From Tubiluchus corallicola (lineage: Eukaryota > Animalia > Priapulida), in contig JAQGDQ010000255.1 in NCBI GenBank assembly GCA_030141605.1, positions 1 to 56,391 on the forward strand: a DNA stretch of 56,391 nucleotides, given 5' to 3'. This document shows, one piece after another, positions 36,746 through 53,385 of the stretch (its first letter is position 1; every line of letters starts with the position of its first letter). Made by a program: the position numbers and the translations under genes. The notes below the pieces were generated by a model. It searched no databases. It saw nothing but the letters and a program-made list of their open reading frames with translations, and was not told where the DNA came from.

Positions 36746-38803
36746 CGACGTGAACATTTTTAATTAAAACATTTCATGATATTTTTGGCGTTGGCTTGAA
36801 AATCGGTGATTTGTTAAGGTAATTGTAATTTTTTACTTCCCAACCCCCTTCTAAGTCTATTTTTGCCCTTTTTATTTAGGCTTGCATTATTCACAAAACT
36901 GTTTAAAAACTAAAAGGGTAAAAAACTCATCAGTCGTTCATGCTTGTTTTGTTTTTTCTATATTTAATTAAAATATAGAATATAGAAAAATAGAAATTCA
37001 TTACTTTAATTGTTCGCGTTTTCCACTTCAAATAAACATTACCTCAAAGTCACTCCAACTGAATACTGAAAACTGGCTATTGACTATTCGCAAACTTTAT
37101 GCAAATTACTTTCACGGGCTCCTGAACTGTCCGTTAAGAAAAATTGAAGACATTCTGGAACTGATTCTCAGAATGTGTGTCGTAAAACTGTAAAATCAAG
37201 AAAATACGCCACGAAACGAATTATGTAGCGATAAGGCAAAGCTGTGATTTTATGAATTGGTCTGTTTCATAACTCAAATGTTAACTTTTTGCGTTCAGTG
37301 CTGTTATAGAATTTTATTAGGTAGCACGTAATTTAATTTTTTATATCTGGCAATGTAAGTTAAGGAATTATGTTGAAAATGAGAGCGGGTACTCTAAAAC
37401 CTGCAAGACATCACGACACTTGTGAAAGTCTAAGTTGTTCTAAGAAATTCTAAATTTTGCTTGGATTACCACGTAGCTCGTTGCTTGTTTCCTTTACCCT
37501 GCGGGTTTTCGGTTCAGCGTGGGGGAGGGGGGCACAATAACATTTTGATATGTTTTACTAACTGTTCAAAATTTATTGTTTTCAGTAACATAAAAATAAA
37601 TAGCTGGCGATGTTATTTTGTGAGTTGACCGTGAATGCTGTGCAAAGATATTTGGTTTCAGACTTTTCCTTCAGCATTACAGCAATTAAAGATTGTTTTA
37701 ATACCATTAGGGGACAAACGGAAAGTAACGAAAAATTTTCTCAAGCAAAATTTGAGCCCGTTTTTTGTTTCCCAGACATAAATATGCAGGCTGAGAAATT
37801 TATATTGGTTGTCATTCTATTCTTTACATTCTGCTGAGTTCAATTTTTGTTTCCGCTGGCTGTTTGAAAGTCTGTTCGCCTACATGATTATTTACACAGA
37901 TTACAGAATTTTAATAAATTAGTCTAGACTCTTAAGCTCGTTGAAAAGATTTTATTATTCCAAAAAATTTTCATTAATTGCAGCGTTTTTAATACACATC
38001 ATGATATTACGCACCACGAGCCATACAATTTATCGCATTTGCTATGTATATACACGATCTATAGATATTCATAAGTGTCTGTTATCGGACTTTAATTTTT
38101 GATGTTGTCTCTCCGAAAATTGTGGTGACTTTGTCATTGATTATGTCTAACTTGAGTAAAACACATGTACTTTTATCGAAAAGGAAAAATTAAATGCAAG
38201 CAAAATAAATTGCAGTTCTAACTTAAAAATTTTGTTTCCATGGGGGCTCTTACTCCGATTTTCAACTCTCTGGCGGTCTATGCTAAACCATGTCATTTAA
38301 CAAAAGCTAAGCCATCATAAAGTTTATCGCTAGATTAGCTTATTACTTTATTATGTTAGCATGATTAAAAAATTCTGACAGCTTTTGTTTTTATTGGAGT
38401 ACAACATTTTGATATCTGCACTCTTGCTCGTATGTGCATCTCTTTTTATGAATGAGGAGTAGTCAGGAATAGTCACCTAATTACAGATTGAAGAAAGTAC
38501 ATGTTTTGCTAGAATAAAACGTGTTGAGGCTAATGACGTAGTAATGATTTTGTTTAACATTTCTTAAACGCGCATACAGCGCTAGCGAATAAATGATAAA
38601 GTTATCAGTTCTGAATTAAGGGTTTTATTTCCAGTTGATTGTAAAACAAAACGTAAACTTGAGCACTAGTGGTTGTATGACATGTAATACTCTTTGCTCA
38701 GGTTATTAGTGACCAGACGCTGTTACATTTCAAGTAATTGCTGAATTCTGTTGTCTTGGTAAAATATACGTGTAAAATATAAATGCCGTTTTTATTAACA
38801 CAG

Positions 38804-38918
38804 GATGTGTCAAGTGCCATAGTGCAGAGATATGACCCACCAAATCTGGAAGCCGCAATCCAACTGCTCAATATGGGTGAACCGCCGAATGGAATGATCA
38901 GAGCTACTTCTACGTCGG
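38804..38918 (+). CDS. LATS: LATS/warts coding exon 2 (rest of UBA domain)
   Basis: DVSSAIVQRYDPPNLEAAIQLLNMGEPPNGMIRATSTS(G); LEAAI motif; phase 0-1 fits the flanking exons. Confidence 0.85.
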
Positions 38919-39606
38919 GTATTTTTTGTAATTTTTTAAACTAAGCTGTACTATTTTGAAATTGTTTTGATATGTCCAGTTGCATAAAAGCTAGAATTGG
39001 GTGCCTGTAACTGTATACTGCAAAATTCATTTTTAAGCATTATTTCTGATAATTCTCTCAGCGGTTTTGGAATTGTGTTTAGTTACTACACTAATAATAA
39101 AAATATTAAAGAAATATTTACGCAGAATGAGAATTTTAAAGCATGCCCCAAAAAACTTTCCATACAAAGTTTTATTATTTCTAACATGATGTTTACCTGT
39201 TTAAAAGACATATATGTAACCAGAACAAAAAATTCTTAGGAACTTATAATTTTTATGGCAACTGGTAGAACTTCACTGGCTCAGTATTCTATTGTGCACC
39301 AAAAACACGGTATTAATCATATTGACAATCTTCATTCATAAAGTAATTTATAATTTTGCTTACCTAATGCAGTGCCTGTAATGAAGTTAGTGAAGTATGA
39401 TAATCAAAAGAAATAATAGGTCTCTGATTATTTTTACAAATGTTGTGCAATGTTATTTAAACTTGCTTCAATTTCTTACTTGATGATTAACTTTAAGCAT
39501 GAATGAGCCTTAAACTGTCAATATGGGAGTTTAAATTTGCAACAGTTTTACATTGTGTTACTGTTAATATAAGCGCTGTGTGTAGTAGCAAGTAAGACAC
39601 TAGTAA

Positions 39607-41817
<2,211 letters not shown>

Positions 41818-42212
41818 TGAATGGACTTTTCTAGGAGTATTAAGACATTCGGGCTTTCACTCATGGGTGATTTCTGGATGAATAAATAACCTGGACAGAT
41901 AACGGAAAGAATTTATTTGGTTAATTCGAATTCATGTGTTTAATGTATTTTACCTGATTAATACAAGTAATGGATCTCTCTGAACTACAACAGTTTCATT
42001 GTAATTAAGTTTAGGGCCAATGCAGCACCCAATGTTTGTTACCGAACTGCTTTGTTATGTACAAAGGAACTAGTGGCTTCCATTAAATTGTGAGACCAGT
42101 GTCCATTTGATTAAAATTACAGTTTTTACAGTTTTAAAATCTCCAGTTTTGCATGACATTAGTAGTATAGCGTTATAAATTAGTCGACTTGAATTGCTAG
42201 TTGAAACATGCA

Positions 42213-42368
42213 ACCCAGGTAAAAAGTCACAGGTAAAAAAGTCACACGAAATAACCAAATCCCTAATCATAATCCTAGCGAAAACTAAATGCGACTTTTT
42301 TCCTTTGACTTTTCTCTACTAAACCAAAATTGTGATTTTTTTCCCATGACTTTATTACCAGTCACCCA
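42213..42368. mobile_element. Small palindromic MITE-like element
   Basis: GGTAAAAAGTCACA repeats on the left and inverted TGACTTT...TTACC repeats on the right. Confidence 0.5.
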
Positions 42369-42690
42369 AACAGACAGTGCACAGAACAGTTAATATAGGC
42401 AAATTGCATTTGAATATATTATGATCAGATCATCATTATGTCTAAGCTGATCAGATCTTACAATCTTGCTAGACGATGAACTACCAGCATTTGAAAAATT
42501 ATGAATTAGTTAAAGAAGTCTATATTATTTGTTTTGCCAACATGTATTATTAAATTGAATGTGTATATTTAGTGGTTAAGTTTCTCTGCTCTAAAAATTC
42601 TAAGTATTAAAAATTAGGAATTTCTTGTCTGATTTTTCCAATGCAGTGTTGTATTATTTGGTTAAAGCATTATAATTTCTTTACATTTGA

Positions 42691-42945
<255 letters not shown>

Positions 42946-43277
42946 TAATAGCTCTTTTCAGTTCATGATATTGAGCCTAATTTTTTAAATAACTTTACTC
43001 TGAGATTGTCTTTCAAATTGTATATAATTGCACATGATTTTTACTTGAAGTATTATGCTACACCTGTTATATCATAAGGTCATATTACCAAATAAGGTTC
43101 AGCCGCTTTCTAATTCTGTAATGTTGGTTTCTGGATGTTGTCAAATGATAACTGGTATTGACTAAAGTGCATTCATGTGACAATAAACAGATTTTGTTTT
43201 TCTGCAAATCCATAGTTGCTCCTGCTAATGCACAGCTTTAGAAACAATTAATTTTTACTAAAACTTTCATATTACAG

Positions 43278-43484
43278 CTGCCGGTGGAATTGGCAATCAC
43301 AGTCGCCAGGATTCGATGGAGCCTGACCACGCCTGGGACCTGGAGAGCGACTGTAAATGTGTTACCGGGCCGAAGCATGATAAACCGTTGGAGAGAAGAC
43401 GAAAGAGAGAACATCAACGATGCCTTGCTCACTCACTTGTCGGCACTCCAAATTACATTGCACCTGAGGTTTTGTTAAGACAAG
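43278..43484 (+). CDS. LATS: LATS/warts coding exon 5 (kinase insert and activation loop)
   Basis: AAGGIGNHSRQDSMEP...KPLERRRKREHQRCLAHSLVGTPNYIAPEVLLRQ(G). Confidence 0.96.
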
Positions 43485-44006
43485 GTAATGTATGCATTGA
43501 AATGTGACTGTTGTTTTTCCTGATATTTTCGAGACAAATGTAGTAATTCTACTAGATAGCAGCATTGACATATACTGTAAGAACTGTAAGAAACCTATTA
43601 TCAACACACCATTACTTTTAGTGCATATTAATTGTGCACATACTTTGTGATAAACATCTTCACAGTTTTTTGCATAGTTTTATGCTAGAAAGCATGTTTT
43701 GTGTAAAAGTCGAGTGTGACTGTAGCAGCTTCTAAAATTATCAGAAAATTTTTAATAGATTTGGTGAATTTTAGCGCAAATTCTGACAAATAAATATGTT
43801 ATTGTTGGCCTGTTATCAGATGATCTGCAAAGAACTTTACTTAATTCAAGGTCAGTAACTTGAAAGTTTGAGAGGTGATATATGATTTGCCAATTGCTTG
43901 AGTTATTTAACTTAGAATAAATGAAATTGTAGAGGTCGCCAGGTAGGTTTTTATAAAACGTTTTTCATAACAACATTTTGCAGATTCTAAGCTAGTAATG
44001 TCCTAA

Positions 44007-44165
<159 letters not shown>

Positions 44166-45059
44166 TAGGTCAATGTAGGCAACTTAATAGGTTTGGAATT
44201 TTTTATCATTTTATTGTTCATCGTATTATTCGTAATTTTGTCAGAGATCAAGGTCTTGGCCTCCAAAATTAAAGCTGAGAAATGTACATAGCATTCTGAA
44301 ATAATAACAATTGTCGCTGTTGTGGGTGTTGGTCATATTTTGCTAAGCAGGACAGCTGTATTTGCCAAGAGTAAGTAGTAATGTCCAGTATTGGTTGTAA
44401 AGATTTGTTTCAGCTTTCCTTGTGGTGTTCATGGTGGGATTAAAATAGCTCCATAATGTTTGTTAACTCTAATGAGTTTTCACATTGCACATGAGTGTAA
44501 GCGACTCGTGTAACATTTTAACTTTGGCATAGTTGTGGAAATAAGGAAATGATGTAGCTTTTATTGCTGTACATTTTGAGTTCTTGCAATAACTAAGAAA
44601 GTAAGGTTTCAGATAAAACACTAATGAAAGTTTCCATCAATGCCAAATACACAATATTTCATCAGCCCGCCTAACTTATTTGTGACTGGCAAGATTTAGA
44701 TCGATAAAGTCATTTAAATTTTGAATTGTATAACTGATTTGGCTGTTAGCAGGATGAGCTAATTATTCAGCTAGTTTAGCTAATTGGTTGCAGCCTGTTG
44801 AGCTAATCTAATTACATAAAATTCATGCTTGCCGTTGTTTGAGGCTTACTCACCCGGCAGTGCATGTTATGGATACCCAAGTGTGCAGTACACTCACTAA
44901 TCGATGCACCCAACATATCCATGTATGCTTGTGTGCTTGCAGCTTCTGCATATCTTGAAATTGAGTTAATGACATATAAATAAATTTTGGAGCTGGGTTA
45001 GCATTGTCACTATTGCACTGTATGATCACCTAACTGAAGTGTAATATTCTTTGTTACAG

Positions 45060-45602
45060 GTTATCAACTGGAAGAAATATTTGAGAGTACCAAAAGAAGC
45101 CAATATTTCTGAAGAAGCGAATCATCTGATTTTTAAACTTCTGACTTGTCCGGAGGAACGACTTGGCAAGAACGGAGCTGAGGAGATCAAGCATCATTCC
45201 TTTTTTGCCAACATCGACTGGTCGAGCAATATTCGTAAGCAGCCGGCTCCGTATTGCCCAAAAATACAGCATGCAACGGACACGTCAAACTTTGATCCAG
45301 TAGCTCCTGACAAACTGCGCAACGATGAATCAAACTCTGGTGATGAGAGTTACGATAAGAAGGGTCTAACTTGGACTCTGGAAAATGGGAAGTATCCGGA
45401 ACATGCTTTCATCGAGTTTACATTTCGGAGGTTCTTCGATGATGGGGGTTATCCTCTTTCACCAGCGAGAACGATGTTGATGCATCATTACCCACAACTC
45501 GATGAGGAGTCTGAAGAATCAAAGGAAGAGGAAGAGGAACTGGGAAGAGAGACTCGGGAAGGTGGAGAGGATGCTGATGGGCAGAACCCTGTTTACGTGT
45601 AA
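45060..45602 (+). CDS. LATS: LATS/warts coding exon 7 (AGC C-terminal region, hydrophobic motif, stop)
   Basis: VINWKKYL...TDTSNFDPV...PEHAFIEFTFRRFFDDGG...NPVYV*. Confidence 0.97.
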   Translation, partial: VINWKKYLRVPKEANISEEANHLIFKLLTCPEERLGKNGAEEIKHHSFFANIDWSSNIRKQPAPYCPKIQHATDTSNFDPVAPDKLRNDESNSGDESYDKKGLTWTLENGKYPEHAFIEFTFRRFFDDGGYPLSPARTMLMHHYPQLDEESEESKEEEEELGRETREGGEDADGQNPVYV

Positions 45603-47263
45603 CGAGCGTGTGATGATGCGAGCGTATAGACGATTTACTTATGATTATATTAACTTCGTGGCTTTATGATTGTCATCCTTTTTTCTAAAGTAATATATAC
45701 AATTTCCTAGAGTAGCTCTGCAGTGCAACATCATTTTTGGCCATCTATGCACCACCATTTGGAAAAAGGTCCAGTAAAATGGTGTAAGAGTAATAGCTAC
45801 ACAGTAGTAGCTACCTGGCAGTAGGGATTTTTGCAAGAAGTCGTTGGCATTTTTGTTGAAAGAACAGTGGAATTGACTATCAGCACCTCGTACAACGTGA
45901 TGTTCAGCTTAAAAAAGTAATTAGTATACAGTTACAGAACAGAAGAATTTTTGGATGCAATTTTTTTAAATTTTTTTTGCATTAAAAGGCCTCGAAATAT
46001 CTTAAAATTTCAAGATAATTCTTATCCAGAATTCTTATTTGTTAAAGGATTCATCAAACAAATCTGAAATTAGCACAGATTTTAGCCATTTACCAGAACT
46101 TCACATTTCAACAGAATTGTATTTTGATTGCCATGTACATGATCATTACTCTCTATTTACTACCGTAGTTAAAATTCTTGCAGCTTGTACATTCAGAAAG
46201 TTAAATTTACAGTTACCTGCCTCACACTAGAAAAAAATTTGTAGAATTTTCCATTTACATGCATGAATGCTGTGCAAGCACTTTTCTGAAATTAGACAAA
46301 GTGATTTTCAATATACTAATTTTGCAGAAATGCCTTGCATGCAAAAAGTGGAAACTTGATGGAATTTAGTTTGTGAAAATTTAGTTTTTTTGCATGTATT
46401 TTTCACCAATGTTAGCACTAGTGTTTTAGCGTGGAATATTACAGAGACACACATTTGACATGCTAGTTTGTCTTTAAAGAAGTTCTGCTTGTGTCGTGCC
46501 AAAGTATGTAATTACTTTTCTCCATCTAAGTGCCTTATACTATCTTGATTAGCTCAGGTTCGTACATCTTTCATATATTGCTTACATCATACGGTAACAG
46601 TGCCAAGAAATCTTAGACTGCTGTGCATATGTATTAAATATATAAAATATTTCTGTGAAGTGCCTTAGAAATTATTTGTTTCAGTTGGGAAGAAATCATT
46701 GTTAGTGGTCAGCCATAATGTGGCACCTACTGCACCCCTTCATTGTAATAATGACAATTTTTTAGAGCTGTGAGATGCACTGTAAAACAGGACTTTTCAT
46801 GTCTTCTAATTTTGCATGTTGCAAAACTAATTGTTAACATAGAAATAAGTTAACATAGAAATAAGTGAGATATAAAAATTAAAGAAATTAAATAATGAAA
46901 ATAACTTGATATTTTTTCAAAAACAGTTTAATATAATCTGTTTACGCTCAAAAAACTCTCCAGTCCGTCCCATTTAGGTCGGTATGTTAAACTGTTGTTG
47001 TTTTCTGGGATTAGACTAATAGCTTATTACTATATATCAGTTGTGTGGAGAACTTTTTGTACAGTTTAATATGAGTGGAAAAATGGAGTGAGTGAATTGG
47101 AGGTGTTTGTTAACTTGTTAGTAACTAAGAGATTTATTATTGATTATAGCCCTGTTTGTAAATAAAGGCCTGCTACAACATTGTTGGTGTGCCATTGCCA
47201 ATTTTGCACACCTTGTTTGCATAATTTTTAACACTATTTCCAGCATAAAGTGTCTCACTAAAA

Positions 47264-47350
47264 TAACATTGTTATAATTGGACAGTGCATAACATTGTTT
47301 TAATTAGACAGTGCTTAACATTGTTATAGCTAGACAGTGTGTAACCTTGT
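47264..47350. repeat. 26-bp tandem repeat (about 3.3 copies)
   Basis: Units like TAACATTGTTATAATTRGACAGTGC at 47264, 47290 and 47316. Confidence 0.9.
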
Positions 47351-48090
47351 ACAGCATTTTGTCTTCCAAGAATATGTTTTGCATATTTATTTTTATTAAC
47401 TTTGTGATGGGGGACGCTTTGTAATAAACGTTTGTTAGAACTGTTAGTCTTTTTAGGTAAAGAATTTCTCAAGCTTCTAAGACTTGAATATTTTTATAAA
47501 TGTAATTTGTGGATACCAATTTCGAAATACTATACAGTATGTTGTTTTTCAATGGCACCTTTGTCACGGTTTGAAAATGCATACATTTATTAACAAAGGA
47601 AATGTTAACAACTTGTAATTCTTAGATATCGACAATTAAAGATTAATGAATAGTTTCAAAGTATAGGAAAATGATAAATTATTTCAATTTAAAATCTATT
47701 TTTTAAAGCTTGCTCATTAATAAATCCTTAGCTTGTGTGTCTGTTTGTTGGAATGTTGCTCGAAATTAACCTACGTATTATGTTTCGATAAGAACGAATT
47801 ATCTAGATTACTGATTAATACATACATCATGTAAAGTATATTTTTTTTTGACTGTGGATAGTTGTATTCCTGACTTGATAATTATAGTAACTCGTTTTTT
47901 GTAGTGTACAGTTTAGATAAAATATTGTACATAACATACTTGGTTGTTGCAGTTCCCCTTTAAAGAGGCTGGATACTAAAATATAATGTATTTATATTTT
48001 TATGGACCTTATTGTTGTTTTGTTTATTGTCTTGTTCTGTTTTCATGATGAGTAATTAGTGGTAGATTTCTATTTGAACAATAATCTTTG

Positions 48091-49035
48091 CAGGATGCAT
48101 TGGTGAAAAAATTTCAAACATGGAAAATTTTAATTTGTAAATATCAGTGCAAGTGATAAAGATGATATCATGCTGAACTGCATCACTCAAGTCTAGGTCA
48201 GAGGTCATTCAAAGGTCACAGTGTGTATCAGTGGCAGTTTGTATGCTTAATTTTCTGGCATGTGTATTTTCACCAGCCTGCACTACAAGAACCTTGAACC
48301 CTGACAGGAGAATGACTCTATTTTGTTAACAAGTTAGCGCCACCTGCAAGCTCGTAATAGAAACTTCATTTGAAGGTCACAGTAAGAAAAAACGCAAATT
48401 GAACTGTACAGTGCATGTATACAGTTTTATCGCCAAATTATTTATTTGATAGAAATATGCCTTGGACATCGAAAGTTATCACGTTTACTTTTTGGCACTA
48501 CAGTTACTAGTCTGCTAAATTCCTGACAGAAACTTTCTTGTGGTACTTGGTAGTGAAATAACGCCTAGGAAAGTAACATGTGGCTCTGCTAGTGGAAAAA
48601 AGTTAATTCTCCACCCACTCAAAAATGAATATTGTCTTTACAAGTCGAAAGCCATGCTTTTGTTTACGTATAAGTCATTTTAAAAAATTTCAAATGTCGG
48701 TAAAACACCGCCTGAGCCTGGTTTTTAACTACTTTGATGGTTGTCTGCTTGCATGGGAACACCAGATGTTGCAGAATGTCATTTTTAAGTAAAAGTGCGT
48801 GCACAGTTCAAAACTTTATTTGATATCACGTTTTGGAGACGGACTTTTGGGTGTATTACACTGGAATTTTTATTTTTTCACTCGAATATCTCGAAGGTAA
48901 TAACGTTAATAATTAAGCCTCATAATATTTTACACAAGATTGTGAATGATCAAAATAAAAAAAGCTAAAATTTCCATTCTACTCCAAAAAATGAATTTCT
49001 ATATTAATAAAATTGGTTAAAATCCTCTCATCCTG
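48091..49035. mobile_element. Candidate Tc1/mariner-like non-autonomous element
   Basis: Short TIRs CAGGATG / CATCCTG followed by TA; internal AGGTCA repeats and TAGCGCCACCTG; the TIR match is short. Confidence 0.4.
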
Positions 49036-50092
49036 TATTACCTTGTTCTATATAGCACCTCGTTCAATATATTCCCTCAAACAGTTCACATACCTCTAAC
49101 CAAAGTTAAGCTGCAAACAGTTGCGTATTAATTTCTTCATTATTATTTGCTAACTTGATAAGACATTGTCAGCAATTTTGTTTTCATTTTCTTTTCTATT
49201 GCGCAGGTGTATGTAACATATCATTAACGTAACTGTAATGGTGTTCATGTCTAATAAACATAAAAAGCAAAGTTAAACATGATTAGTACTTAATATTGAT
49301 AGGTGACCTACTGAGCATACAAGTCTTGAGTGAGTTTGGCAGCACAAAGTCATGTTTGGTGGGTATTGCCCTTGCAAAAATACAATTTTTTCTGGTTTTG
49401 ATTGATATCACTACATAACACTGCTGAAGGCATTGACAATATAACCTATATCAACATTAATCTTTTTGGATATGTATGCATTGGAACGTCATCATCTCCA
49501 TGAAATTTAATTACATGCATGGACAACACATGTGCCACCGAGAACCATTAATTAAGTCTAAATTTTAGATTGTAGATTGATGTAAACTCATGCAGTACTC
49601 TTGCTCTTACTCCTTTAAACTTTAACAGATTTAAACTAAACTTTTGAGTTTGAGGCTTGAATTTTTTTCAAAGTTTATTTTTCATTATAATTTTCTGATT
49701 TTTTAGCTTAAACATCATCAACAATTATAACTTATACGCAAACTTTGCTTTTAGAACCAGTTATTAATCATTAATAGCAGTATTCATGGGAATCATGTTT
49801 TAAAATTATAAGAATCATTTCAGTTTTATGAAAATTATTTTCACTTACAAGGACTTGTAAAAAACTTTGTTTATTTCTTTACATAGAAAGCAGGAAATTC
49901 CATGCCATGCAGCGCATGTACTTGAGTGTTTTCTGCAGGAGCTGCAAGCTGACTGAGTGGGTCGTGGAGAAACCGGAACTGAGAGAGGAACTGTCGGCGG
50001 TAGACAAGCCAGCAGACTTACGCGTACACAGAAAATTATCATCCGGGTTTTCACTGTGATGGCGGCCTTAATCATATTCGATTGGTGAGGAC

Positions 50093-51298
50093 CAGACATT
50101 TGCAAATGGCGGAACTGCGGGCCTGGATCCGTACGATTATCGCGGATTTGCGGAAGCGCGGACCTAATTTTTTGCGGGCTGCGCAAAACTAGACAATTTC
50201 TTAACTATTGTTTGCGGACTCAAATGCGAAATACGTAAATCATACAATGTTTAATTATTCTTTAGTTTTTTTCTAATAAGTTTAGTAACTGATAATGGCC
50301 AGCAGTCTTCCACTCTTAGATATAGGTATTGCACGTGCGCGCTGACCAAAAGTTCTTATTTCATCATTTGATACGAAACAGAGGCAAGAGGTGCTATGTC
50401 TTGATTTCCCTGCTTTCTCGTGCAGTCTTCTGCTATGCAAAGCTGAGTATTACCGTACATTAATCGGCTGATTGGAATGTCTTGATATAACTATAATTTG
50501 ATAAAGGAATTATTTTATGCTGTGAGACTTTTTGTGAGTGTGTACCCACCTAACACTTTTTAGTAAGTAAAGCTAAATGCACTTGAAAAAAATAAACGTG
50601 CAGAGTTGTTTTTTGCAAACGCAATACATCACTTTATTGTAAGCTTAAATAATGTAATAACTAGTATGCAGATGTTATGTGACATTTTTAAATTGAACGA
50701 ACACAAGCCATGGATGAAAACAGTTGTATTCACAACTTCGTAATTATTACATTTGCAATGTAGAGTAAATTTTATGCTGTATCATTGATCTAGATATCGC
50801 ATTTACAGTGCTTAGTCAATTGTCGTACTTTCATAATAACACATATTTACATCTTTATTTAGTTTTAGTTAGTGTGCAATCAACTTAATGAATTATCCTA
50901 GCTTGTAGTAACGCAATCTTTTGTCACATTTTAATATTTGTACAGTAGAGTAGACAGCCTGGTTCTGAGTAGTTCAGCAGTTATTTATTGCCATGGCCAA
51001 ACGGAAGGTAGAAGACATCGAAAGTTTAAGTGAAAAAGATATAAAACTAGGCCTTGAAAGTGGGAAACTGACCCTTAAAGAAAATCCAAAAAGTAAGAGT
51101 GATGTGTGGGCACACTACCAATGTGTATATGATGCAGATGCATATGTAAATTTTGTTTCTTGCAAAAATAATGGTCACATGTTGTATCATGACTTTCATG
51201 AGAGTGGTACAAGCCATCTACAAAAACACCTCCAGTACTGCGACAAGAACTTGAATGTAGCATCGCAAAATATTATAACAAAATTCTTCAAACCATAG
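50093..51298 (+). mobile_element. Truncated hAT (hobo/Hermes-like) element: left end plus BED-finger ORF
   Basis: CAG-initiated end with clustered GCGGA subterminal repeats (50093-50220); ORF 50993-51298 KSDVWAHY...C..N...GTSHLQKHLQYC...ITKFF typical of a hAT N-terminus; no DDE domain follows. Confidence 0.6.
50993..51298 (+). pseudogene. BED zinc-finger transposase N-terminal fragment
   Basis: GCCATGG start context; W-x-x-Y, C, GTS.L..H...C pattern; second Cys missing; early TAG. Confidence 0.7.
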
Positions 51299-53129
51299 TC
51301 CTTCAAGTTACCTAACCACATTATATTATATTATATTGTTGTATAGGATGGAATATAATTATTTTGCTATGGGGGTTCTTTGAGGGTACAACAATAACAA
51401 GTAATAATACAGAACAAAATATTATGAAGATACCAAAGCATTAATGCATGCACTCCAGTTGCTGAAACATTGCTACATCCAATAAAGGTGTAAAATAATA
51501 AAAGTCTTGTACATTTTGCAATAATTAGAGACACTGAGAGATCGTGATTAATTTCAAGACCTGCAATACGTCTCGCAAAGGTTTCACAAACTTGTCTTTT
51601 GGATATTAATCAATGGCATGTTTGTGGATTATCCTGACCTCATCTCTGTCTTTAAGAATGGCTAAAGTGTGTTTGCTAGGGTTGAGACCACCATCAAATT
51701 TATATGTCGTTCAGTTTGATCCGCTCGAATCATATACCTTCAAGACTGCAAGCTAGATTTATAAGGGCAAGAGACGTGAGGGTATATGTCAATTACTTCC
51801 TCCCTTGGCCATTGAGAGCTTTATTTGTGGTTGCTGTATTTTGATTTTATGAGGTTAAAGCAATCAAATTTAAAATATTCAATTTGTTTTTTTAAATGTT
51901 AAAGTCCCAAAAGTTTAGTAGTAGCTAGAAAACTTTGGATTTCAGTGCTGTTGCATGTCGATAGTTTGGTTCCTGTTTTAACAGTGAATTTTAATATCGT
52001 GATGTATAATTGTGAAAATGATATTGACATGGTTACGTTAAGTGTTAATTGAGCATGCGTAGTAGACGCAACAACGATCAAGCAGTCAATACGCACTTGC
52101 ATCTCTCGCCTGTTAAACATCAAACTTCATGGACTCCCAGGTCTATTTTCTGTTTATTTATGTGGTCACAGTTCACATCTTCCCGCTATACGCATAACAG
52201 GTTATAATGAATCATAATGACATCACATATAATGAATTAGTACATTTAGAATACAAAATTTAGAATACTGTTTTGGTTTTATCGTACAAATTTGATCTTA
52301 TCTATAATTTCTATACATAATCATCGCATATATAATAGTTTACAATATATTGACATCTGTATCCTTTATCCTTTTGTTTCATTTATATTTCCTTCTTAAT
52401 TGATTGTGATATTAGTCAATGATTTGCACCACATTTAAGTTTTAACTTGCGCTTTTTTACATGATCTTAACTAATTTACTGTATAGTAATCTGCAGCATT
52501 TTTAATATTTTTGCGATTTCACTTTTACTAACGCGTAAATCACAATAGAAACATGTAGTATCTTTTTTATGTGTCCAAGGAAAAAATAAATTTCTCTTCT
52601 GTGGCATGGCCTTTCCTTTAACGTTCTGCAGTAAATATTAAAGGAATTTGACGTCCCCAACTTGCAGTTGTTAGGGTCTAAGAAACGTCAAACATAAACT
52701 TATTACATTTGTAAAGTAAAAAAAATTCAAGCAGTTATATCACCCATTTTAGGTGAATTTAATTGAGAAGCATCATGTTCACAGAAGCAGGTCACTTATG
52801 TTCTTGTGAGCTAAAAAGTATTGCCTTTGCAGGTGAGTTTTGAAGTTGTTATTATGTTAATGTAAAGTCTCTGCAGAATTAAACTATGGAATGTTGAAAT
52901 CATGTTTTTGTCGGAAAAGTAGTTATTGCATTTAGAGTTTGTTTCAGTAATTATCCTATTGTACCCCAGTAACTGTTTGCTAAGTGGCGATCGCAGTAAT
53001 TAACGCTAAAATGCAATGGCAACTTTAGAAACTACATTAATACTACGTGGTGATTTGGGTTAGTGGGCGTTTCTATATTTGTGGAAAGTTAAAAGAAGAA
53101 CCTAGGACAAGGAAAATAAATAGACACCT

Positions 53130-53385
53130 TTTTAAGATGAATTTACGCATATACTTAGACTACCTGATGATAATCCAGTGAAGATACTTCTTCAACAAAT
53201 AATAGAACCAGCCAAAAAACCTACAGGAGGACATTTAGAATTTGCGCAGAAAGATTTAATCCTTTCATCACTGATCCTTAGAAATAAATGCACTTGGGCT
53301 CAGCGAGTGGGCAGTGCTGGCATAGAGAGGTGAACAGAATCATGTCCCTGGACGTATGATTTATCAGATATTATAGATTATTATA
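53130..53385 (+). mobile_element. RTE/L2-like LINE 3' end fragment
   Basis: HILRLPDDNPVK...KKPTGG...KDL...W resembles the GHILR.P....K...KRP.GRP...KDL C-terminal LINE motif; followed by an ATT/GAT-rich tail. Confidence 0.6.

Noticed and set aside
45403-45438. Hydrophobic motif HAFIEFTF instead of HAFYEFTF/HAFFEFTF
   Set aside because: Conservative change at a variable position; the phospho-Thr and flanking Phe residues are intact.
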